From assembly GCA_964639225.1 (NCBI GenBank), contig CAZXCK010000002.1:5507-69506 (forward strand): a stretch of 64,000 nucleotides of DNA, written 5' to 3'. The notes under the pieces were generated by a model. The model was given only the letters and a program-made list of their open reading frames with translations, did no database searches and was not told the DNA's origin. Within the stretch, counting starts at the first letter, position 1. Every line of letters starts with the position of its first letter. Of this stretch, positions 57,231 to 64,000 are shown in pieces. The position numbers were made by a program, and so were the translations under genes. The DNA comes from an uncultured Anaerolineaceae bacterium. GTDB taxonomy: Bacteria > Chloroflexota > Anaerolineae > Aggregatilineales > Phototrophicaceae.

Positions 57231-58397
57231 ATGTCGCCAGCCTATGTGACACGCCAGCAACTGGAAGAACATGAAACGCAAATACTGGCTCCTTATGGGT
57301 TGCTCAGCCGGAACAGCCGGGGGCGGTTCCACCCGGAGAACGAACCCAAATACCGTACCGCCTTCCAGCGTGACCGGGATCGGGTTGTCCATTCCGCCGC
57401 GTTTCGCCGCCTGGAATACAAAACCCAGGTATTCGTCAACGATGCCGGCGACTATTATCGCACGCGCTTGACTCACACGCTTGAAGTCGCACAGATCGGG
57501 CGCACGCTGGCACGCGCCCTGGGTGTTAACGAAGACCTAGTCGAGGTGATTTGCCTGGCCCACGACCTGGGCCATCCCCCCTTCGGTCACGCTGGCGAAT
57601 CGACCCTTAATGCGTTGATGAGCGACCACGGTGGCTTCAACCACAACTACCAGAGCTACCGTGTCGTCAGCGAACTGGAGCAGCGTTACCCCAACTGGAA
57701 AGGTCTCAATCTCACCCGCGAGACACTGGAAGGCATTGCCAAACACGAAACTGAATATGACATCAGCGATGTGGCAGGCTTTGATGTTGACATCCGAGGC
57801 AGCATCGAGGCGCAGATAGCTAATGTCGCCGACGAACTGGCCTACAACGCTCACGATCTGGATGACGGCCTGCAGGCCGCTCTCATCGCGCCAGATGACC
57901 TCAACGAACTCGAAATCTGGCGCGAACTCTGCGACCGGTTGGCCTGGCGTAACGGCAAAATCGACGAAATCACACGCCACCGGCTGATCCGCGAGCAGAT
58001 CGGCATGCAGGTCGATGATGTGTTGCAGCAGTCACTGGAAAACCTGGAAGCTCTGAACCCGCAGTCACCGGCAGATGTACAGCGACACACACAGAATGTC
58101 GTCGCACACAGCCCTCGATTCATCGAACTCAATCGCGCCCTCAAACGATTCCTGTACAACAATATGTACAATCACTATACGGTCCTGCGCATGGCAAAAC
58201 GCGCCGAGCGTTTCATCCACGAAGTGTTCACCAGTTACATACAGGAACCGCGCCTGCTGCCAGATTACTACCAGAAGCTGCTGGAAGATGACGACAACTC
58301 CGTGTATCGGGTCGTGGCCGACTATATCTCCAGCCTGACCGACCGCAGCGCCATGCTGGAATACCAGCGCCTGTTTGACCCATTGACGCGCCCGTGA
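57231..58397 (+). CDS. dGTPase-family HD-domain triphosphohydrolase
   Basis: RTRLTHTLEVAQI and LAHDLGHPPFGH (HD motif), plus the N-terminal FQRDRDRVVHSAAFRRL. ATG at 57231. Confidence 0.85.
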   Translation: MSPAYVTRQQLEEHETQILAPYGLLSRNSRGRFHPENEPKYRTAFQRDRDRVVHSAAFRRLEYKTQVFVNDAGDYYRTRLTHTLEVAQIGRTLARALGVNEDLVEVICLAHDLGHPPFGHAGESTLNALMSDHGGFNHNYQSYRVVSELEQRYPNWKGLNLTRETLEGIAKHETEYDISDVAGFDVDIRGSIEAQIANVADELAYNAHDLDDGLQAALIAPDDLNELEIWRELCDRLAWRNGKIDEITRHRLIREQIGMQVDDVLQQSLENLEALNPQSPADVQRHTQNVVAHSPRFIELNRALKRFLYNNMYNHYTVLRMAKRAERFIHEVFTSYIQEPRLLPDYYQKLLEDDDNSVYRVVADYISSLTDRSAMLEYQRLFDPLTRP

Positions 58398-58449
58398 TGC
58401 GCAGTACAATATTCGATTAAGTGTGGGCAGCTTGGGAGTACAAGACGAT

Positions 58450-59826
58450 ATGTCTGGCGAAACCCTGTTAAATGGACGCTATCGACTCATCTCGCAGCAG
58501 GGATCGGGCGGCATGGCGGTCGTCTACCGCGCCGTTGACGAGCTGCTGGGGCGTAACGTCGCCGTCAAGGTACTCCGGCCCAGCCTGACTGCTGATCCCA
58601 CCTTTATTGTGCGCTTTCAGAACGAGGCACGCAGCATCGCCAACCTCTCCCACCCCAACATTGTCACCGTGCACGATGTCGGCAGCGACGGCCCCACCCA
58701 TTACATGGTCATGGAAATGGTAGACGGTCAGGATCTCAAAAAAATCATCCGTTCACACGGTGCGCTGGGGATCAACCGCGCATTGAGCCTGGCGATTGGT
58801 ATCTGCGGCGGCATCGGCTACGCACATCGTAACGGCATCGTCCATGCCGACATTAAACCACAGAACATTCTGATTACCCGCGATGATATCGTCAAAATCA
58901 CCGACTTTGGTATTGCCCAGGCGTTAAGCGACACCCAACCAGTGCAGCGTCAGTCTGTGGTCTGGGGCAGCCCACATTACTTTGCGCCGGAACAGGCACA
59001 GGGTGAAAAACCATCGACGGCATCGGATGTGTACTCCATCGGCATTGTGCTGTTCGAAATGCTCACCGGACGACTGCCTTACACTGGTAGCAACCAGCAG
59101 GAACTCGCCCTGGCTCACATTCGCACACCAGTTCCAATGGCCAGCGAATTCAATCCGAATATACCCGAAAACCTGGCACAGATTGTGCACCAGGCCATGA
59201 GTAAAGAGCGCAACAGCCGCTTCCGTATGGCCGATCAGTTGGGGCGCGTGCTGGTCGATTATCGAGATCAGGGCCGTAACAACACCGTGGCCGGTGCGCC
59301 GGTCAATGCCCGTCCAGTGTCCAAGCCACAAAACCCGTCAGAAAGCGTCGCACCGCCATCCACACCGCCACCTGAGTCGAAAAGCGAGCGCCCGTCGACG
59401 CCGCCATCTCAGCCACCACAGGCGCCGCCACCACCCGCACAGCAGCAGCAACGTCCTGGTACACCGCCCTATCCTCAGCATCCAGTAACGCCGCCGCCGC
59501 GCCCCCAGGCGCCGCCACCAATCGGACCCCCAACCCAGCGCTACAACCCTGCACCCGAAGCCCCGGCCCCAATCAACTACAACCGGAGCGGAACGCCTGC
59601 CGCGCCTTACGGCAACACAAGAAGCCGTCCGATGGCCCCGCAGAATGTCCATGACAGCCGTCCGTTTCCAGCACAGACGCCTTACAATCGCATCGCCGAT
59701 GATCTGGATCAGGAAAACGGCTTCCAACTGGATGGTGTGACCATCGCTCTGGGTATTCTGGCGTTTCTGTCGGTCGCCTGTCTGATTCCGTTATATATCG
59801 CTGTACTCCAGGCCCGGCTGGGATAA
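58450..59826 (+). CDS. Ser/Thr protein kinase (non-RD), Pro-rich linker, C-terminal TM anchor
   Basis: GSGGMAVVY, VAVKVL, HADIKPQNIL (HAD rather than HRD), DFGIAQ, APEQ. A ~130-aa Pro-rich region follows. The TM helix IALGILAFLSVACLIPLYIAVL lies 6 residues before the stop. Confidence 0.85.
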   Translation: MSGETLLNGRYRLISQQGSGGMAVVYRAVDELLGRNVAVKVLRPSLTADPTFIVRFQNEARSIANLSHPNIVTVHDVGSDGPTHYMVMEMVDGQDLKKIIRSHGALGINRALSLAIGICGGIGYAHRNGIVHADIKPQNILITRDDIVKITDFGIAQALSDTQPVQRQSVVWGSPHYFAPEQAQGEKPSTASDVYSIGIVLFEMLTGRLPYTGSNQQELALAHIRTPVPMASEFNPNIPENLAQIVHQAMSKERNSRFRMADQLGRVLVDYRDQGRNNTVAGAPVNARPVSKPQNPSESVAPPSTPPPESKSERPSTPPSQPPQAPPPPAQQQQRPGTPPYPQHPVTPPPRPQAPPPIGPPTQRYNPAPEAPAPINYNRSGTPAAPYGNTRSRPMAPQNVHDSRPFPAQTPYNRIADDLDQENGFQLDGVTIALGILAFLSVACLIPLYIAVLQARLG

Positions 59827-59860
59827 TTACACGCCTCTTATACATTCGTGTCAACAAAAA

Positions 59861-59892
59861 AATCAGGCCACAGAGCAAGTGGCCTGATTTTT
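59861..59892. terminator. Bidirectional rho-independent terminator
   Basis: Perfect 11-bp stem AATCAGGCCAC / GTGGCCTGATT with a 7-nt loop. A-run upstream and T-run downstream. Confidence 0.7.
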
Positions 59893-59921
59893 GTCTGTCG
59901 GGTATCGGGTTCTGAACCTGA

Positions 59922-61622
59922 TTATCCCTGTGGCGTCAGTGACACCGGCTCGTCAGCCTCGGTCGGTTCGGCTGCGTCGTCCTCGTCATCCAGGGGCAAC
60001 GGAACAAATACCGGGGCCGGCTCATCATTCTCGGTAGATGACGGCGTTTGAACCGTCACCGACTTATCCATCTGCTGCACCGCATCATAGACCGGGCGCG
60101 GCGCGCCATCCGGCGAAATCAGACTGGTGTAACACAACTCTGCCAGAACCTGACTCTGCACGCTCTGGCAACCATTGAGATTGTCCAGGAACATTGGCCC
60201 CACATAGCCGAGTTCCTGGGCCAGCTCAAACGCACGCGGCACAAAGATCGCCTGCTGGTTGAGACTGGTGTACGTTACAAAGATGTTGATCTCACCTGGC
60301 GGGTCCGTATCCTCGCTGGTCCCCCAACCGAATTTGGTAATCCATATGGCGGTGTCCGCATCGCCAGCATTCACCATAATATCGCGGTAAACATTCAGAT
60401 TTTCGCGGAAGTAGAAAACGTCACTTTCGTAGTGCGTCTCGACGTTGCCTGTCGGCTCGCAGCACAGCGCATCCGGCGGATTAGCCCAGCCCCCCGGATG
60501 TACGCCAATGCCATCGGAAATGGCGCTTACGCCGTTGGCATACATCGTCTCCAGATACAGGCGGTCGTCAATGGCATTCAATCCATCATTGAAGCGCGTT
60601 GGAGCCAGCCCCGCCGTAATAACCTGAGCCAACGGGTCGGCAGTTTTGATGACGACGTAGGCCTGCTGCAACATTTCAACATAATCAGTATCACACATAC
60701 GCCGTTCGCAGTTCCAGTTGCGGCGCAGGTTTGGCTCTTCCCAGATCTGATAGGCATCGACCACACCGCTGTAACGCGCCGCAAGCGTACTCACAAAATC
60801 AGTATACAAACCGAGATCATCTGGCGGCCCGTTTTCGTCCGCACTGGTACGCGCCCAGGCTGGCGCATGAGTTACGGTCAGTAGAATTTGCAGACCGCTG
60901 GCATCAAGTTGCTCAACCACGCTGTCCAGCTCGTCCAGCACCAGCTCGCCCTGAACAGGCTCGATGTTTCGCCACTCCACCCGCAGTCGAACCCAACCCA
61001 GCCCCAGCTCGCTGACCCGCTGCACCAGCGCCGACACATCCTGTTCCTCGTAGAATGCCAACACACCAAAGCCGAAGTTCGTATCGGCAGGCGGCGGCAC
61101 AGGTTCAGGCGTCGGCGTGATGATCGGCGACGCATCTTCTTCCGGCTGCGGCGTCACTGCCACTGTCGGCAGCTCGACGGTTTCATCGGTAACCGGCAAC
61201 AGCAGAGTCTGCCCCGGTACAATGACATTCGGATTTGCCAGATTGTTCAGTCGAATGAGTTCCGCGACAGTGGTGTTATAGCGTGCGGCGATGCGCATCA
61301 GCGAGTCGCCACGTTGTACGACATAGGTTGTCGTCGGCGGCAGCGGCTCCTCATCTGGCACGGCTGTCCCCGGAATCTGTAACACCTGCCCCACATAAAT
61401 CAGGCTGGGATTGGTGATATTATTGGCAGCAGCCAGTTCGGTGGTCGTCAGATTAAAACGTGTGGCAATGCGAAAAAGCGTATCACCCGGCTGCACGATA
61501 TATGTCTCGCCGCTGAGGACCGGCGCCGGTTCTGCTGTGCTCTCCTGTGCCAGACTCAGCGGCAAAACAGCAAACAACAAAAACACCGCTACACCGACGA
61601 TGAATACACGCCTGAGTCCCAT
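59922..61622 (-). CDS. Secreted 2x LysM + clan GH-A (GH5-like) glycoside hydrolase
   Basis: Signal peptide; two LysM repeats (YIVQPGDTLFRIATRFNLTTTELAAANN; YVVQRGDSLMRIAARYNTTVAELIRLNN); a TIM-barrel-like part with the IWEEPN (NEP-type acid/base) motif; an acidic C-terminal tail. Confidence 0.75.
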   Translation of the reverse strand: MGLRRVFIVGVAVFLLFAVLPLSLAQESTAEPAPVLSGETYIVQPGDTLFRIATRFNLTTTELAAANNITNPSLIYVGQVLQIPGTAVPDEEPLPPTTTYVVQRGDSLMRIAARYNTTVAELIRLNNLANPNVIVPGQTLLLPVTDETVELPTVAVTPQPEEDASPIITPTPEPVPPPADTNFGFGVLAFYEEQDVSALVQRVSELGLGWVRLRVEWRNIEPVQGELVLDELDSVVEQLDASGLQILLTVTHAPAWARTSADENGPPDDLGLYTDFVSTLAARYSGVVDAYQIWEEPNLRRNWNCERRMCDTDYVEMLQQAYVVIKTADPLAQVITAGLAPTRFNDGLNAIDDRLYLETMYANGVSAISDGIGVHPGGWANPPDALCCEPTGNVETHYESDVFYFRENLNVYRDIMVNAGDADTAIWITKFGWGTSEDTDPPGEINIFVTYTSLNQQAIFVPRAFELAQELGYVGPMFLDNLNGCQSVQSQVLAELCYTSLISPDGAPRPVYDAVQQMDKSVTVQTPSSTENDEPAPVFVPLPLDDEDDAAEPTEADEPVSLTPQG

Positions 61623-61827
61623 AGCAACTCTCCTGATGATTGAAGCAGATCATTTAGCAGGCAATCGCTTGCCCTTACATCTTACATCGCTACACCAACC
61701 GGCGCCAACAGCAGGCGGCGATTGCCCCGGCAAAAGCGACACCACACATCCATAATCGGCGGCCAGTATGTTATAATGCAGCCAATCCGTCCATAAATAC
61801 AGAAACCTGTACGGAGGGTTAGCCAAC

Positions 61828-63039
61828 ATGGACATCAACCAGGTCGCCCGCATGATCGAGTGGCTCGACGAAGAGCGGCGGCGTGATAAGACCACCATCG
61901 CCACAATGGAAGAGCGCGTCGCCCAGCAACAGGATGTCATCGACGCCCTTCAGAAACGGCTTAACAGCGTCGAATCCGAGCAAACGGTAATGCAGAACCA
62001 GTTTGTTCCCACCACACGCGAAACGGACATCATTGAGCAGGTGCGCAAGGAAATGCACCAGCTCTTCGAGAATGCAGAAGCCAAACGTATCAGCGCCGAG
62101 CGTGAAGCCGAGCGCCGGGCCGAGGTTGAGCGCCAGCATATGAGCCGCCCCGTCATCGAACTCTCGGAGAAACTGAGTAAAATCGAACGGACCACGACGG
62201 AAGTTCCGGCCATGCAGCAGGACCGTGATCGGCTGGCCGCAACGCTCAACGCACTACAGCAGCGCCTCGAAGACCTGCAGAAAAAGCTCGAAGAACCGGA
62301 CCGCAGGCTGGCTTTCCTCGAAGAACAGCGCCGCCAGGATATCCGCCGTATCTCCGAATTGGAGACGGATTTGCCCGAAATCCAGAAGCAGATCGACAGC
62401 GTCAAGCCCAAGCTCACACTCATCGAGGATCTCGCGCTGCGCAACGAGCGTCGCGTGCAGGAAGTTCAGAACGGTGACCGCGAACGCCGTGAGCAGATTC
62501 AGCAGTTTATTGACCAGCAGACCCTGCAATTGCAGCAGCGCGATCAACAGATCGCCGAGATGATGAAACGCTTCGGCGACCACGATGAAACCATGCAGCA
62601 GAACCTGGAGCGCTTCGAGACCTGGGCCGAAGCCTATCGCAGCATGAAGCAGATTATCGACGACTTCCAGCGTATCAGCGACCGGCTCGAACGCCGCATC
62701 AACGAGGTCGCCGAGATGCAGCGCCTGAGCGAGGAGCGCTTTCGCCAGGAATGGAACGACTGGCGTGCCGACGACCAGAAACGCTGGAAGCAGTTTACAC
62801 TCTCTAATGATGAGGTCTGGCGCGGACACGACAAGGAATTCGAGCGTTTTGTCGAGCGCCTGGAAGAGATCGGCGCGCAGATTCGCCCCATCAACGACAG
62901 CATCGAACGCATGTGGAAGCTGGAACGCGACCGCGCACAGCTCTATCGCGAACGCTATCAGGCCCTGCTGCTCGAATACGACACAACCAGCCCGCCAGCG
63001 CCACCCAGCTCTGACGGCAGCAACGGCACGGCATCCTGA
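61828..63039 (+). CDS. Coiled-coil protein, function unknown
   Basis: 403 aa, strongly E/R/Q/L-rich with heptad-like periodicity throughout. GGAGGG RBS, and an extended -10 (TGTTATAAT, 61769-61777) upstream. Confidence 0.6.
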   Translation: MDINQVARMIEWLDEERRRDKTTIATMEERVAQQQDVIDALQKRLNSVESEQTVMQNQFVPTTRETDIIEQVRKEMHQLFENAEAKRISAEREAERRAEVERQHMSRPVIELSEKLSKIERTTTEVPAMQQDRDRLAATLNALQQRLEDLQKKLEEPDRRLAFLEEQRRQDIRRISELETDLPEIQKQIDSVKPKLTLIEDLALRNERRVQEVQNGDRERREQIQQFIDQQTLQLQQRDQQIAEMMKRFGDHDETMQQNLERFETWAEAYRSMKQIIDDFQRISDRLERRINEVAEMQRLSEERFRQEWNDWRADDQKRWKQFTLSNDEVWRGHDKEFERFVERLEEIGAQIRPINDSIERMWKLERDRAQLYRERYQALLLEYDTTSPPAPPSSDGSNGTAS

Positions 63040-63070
63040 TGCAATCCACACTCCGCAGAGGTTAACCTGA

Positions 63071-64000
63071 ATGCGCGTTATTGGTACAGCAGGTCACGTC
63101 GATCACGGCAAATCGACGCTGGTGCGTCGCCTCACGGGCATTGACCCCGACCGGCTAATTGAAGAGAAAGCCCGCGAGATGACCATTGACCTGGGCTTTG
63201 CCTGGCTGGAGCTGCCGCACAGCGGCACCATCGGCATCGTCGACGTACCCGGTCACCGAGATTTCATCGAAAATATGCTGGCTGGTGTGGGCGGCATCGA
63301 CGCCGTCCTACTCGTCATTGCTGCCGACGAAGGCGTGATGCCACAGACCCGCGAGCATCTCGCCATTCTCGACCTGCTTGGCGTCGAAAATGGCCTGGTC
63401 GTCATCACTAAAACCGACATGGCCAGCGACTCCGACTGGTTGGAACTTGTCGAAACTGATGTGCTTGGCGTGCTGGAAGGCACCGCGCTGGAACACGCCG
63501 AGGTTCTGCGTGTCTCCGCGCATACCGGAGACGGTATCCCCGAACTGGCCGAACACCTCGACACGCTGCTGACTGGCCTGCCCCAGCGACCGGACTACGA
63601 TCAGCCGCGCCTGCCCATCGACCGCGTATTTTCTATGAGCGGCTTCGGTACCGTCGTCACTGGCACGCTGCTAGGCGGTGCTCTGCGCGTGGGCGATGAG
63701 ATCGAAATCCAACCGACCGGCCTGCGTGGGCGTGTGCGTGGTCTGCAAAGCTACAAGCAGACGGTACCGGTCAGTTACCCCGGCAGCCGCACGGCGGTTA
63801 ACATTTCTGGTGTGGAAAAACGCGCCATCGAACGCGGGCACGTCCTGACGCATCCGGGCCTCATTCACCCCACCAGGTTAGTCGATGTGCAGTTTCGTCA
63901 CCTGCCGGACGCCGAACGTCCACTGCACCATAACACCGAAGTTAAAGTCTACTGCGGCGCAGCCGAGACGCTGGCACGTGCACGCCTGCTCGATCAGCAA
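63071..64000 (+). CDS. selB: Selenocysteine-specific translation elongation factor, N-terminal 310 codons (3' end outside the window)
   Basis: My own translation, open to the window end: [45 protein letters not shown]...[43 protein letters not shown]...TKTD...[20 protein letters not shown]. This closely parallels E. coli SelB. It is not in the ORF track. Confidence 0.85.
   Translation, partial: MRVIGTAGHVDHGKSTLVRRLTGIDPDRLIEEKAREMTIDLGFAWLELPHSGTIGIVDVPGHRDFIENMLAGVGGIDAVLLVIAADEGVMPQTREHLAILDLLGVENGLVVITKTDMASDSDWLELVETDVLGVLEGTALEHAEVLRVSAHTGDGIPELAEHLDTLLTGLPQRPDYDQPRLPIDRVFSMSGFGTVVTGTLLGGALRVGDEIEIQPTGLRGRVRGLQSYKQTVPVSYPGSRTAVNISGVEKRAIERGHVLTHPGLIHPTRLVDVQFRHLPDAERPLHHNTEVKVYCGAAETLARARLLDQQ

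Noticed and set aside
57231-58397. dGTPase as a dNTP-depleting phage-defence gene
   Set aside because: The sequence looks like the widespread Dgt-like housekeeping subfamily. The neighbourhood has no mobile or defence-island hallmarks. Inspection alone cannot distinguish the two, so no claim is made.
1-64000. Scan for CRISPR arrays, rRNA, IS elements, integrases, prophage genes or a tRNA-adjacent island
   Set aside because: No regularly spaced direct repeats were seen. No transposase, integrase, recombinase or phage structural signatures appear in any listed ORF. The tRNA-Thr is flanked by purH and udk, both housekeeping genes.

Overview
Densely coding, moderately GC-rich chromosomal segment; composition was not computed. 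Gene content suggests a Chloroflexota-like bacterium, which is a guess from gene content and protein architectures only. Most of the window is housekeeping: thrB/thrC, glgX, gpmI, rarA, purH, tRNA-Thr(CGU), udk, valS, mutL, secDF-yajC, and a 5' fragment of selB. I saw no rRNA, CRISPR array, transposase, integrase or phage-like genes. Stretches worth a second look: (1) a three-gene module at 11.36-18.36 kb: an FHA protein, a Clp_N repeat fused to an atypical APH/protein-kinase-like domain, and a 1527-aa Ser/Thr-kinase + STAND-type P-loop NTPase + TM helix + 14 WD40 protein. (2) An isolated iscX-nuoB-nuoCD-nuoI cluster. iscX overlaps nuoB by ATGA, no membrane-arm nuo genes are nearby, NuoB and NuoI carry homologous basic C-terminal tails, and an Mrp/ApbC-type ATPase lacking its CxxC loop lies downstream. 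(3) A four-gene membrane cluster: DUF2207-like, TM-wHTH-Zn-ribbon, 177-aa helical protein, YdjI-type SPFH protein. (4) A T-box leader with a GUC (Val) specifier that controls a SAM-methyltransferase gene before valS. (5) A SxtJ-like / carbamoyltransferase / DUF5989-like trio, including a 56-aa ORF missing from the ORF track. (6) A signalling island with two GAF histidine kinases, a REC-ParA/CpaE-like protein with a degenerate Walker A, and a sirtuin overlapping a kinase by ATGA. All functional calls rest on motif recognition by eye. No database search was run.
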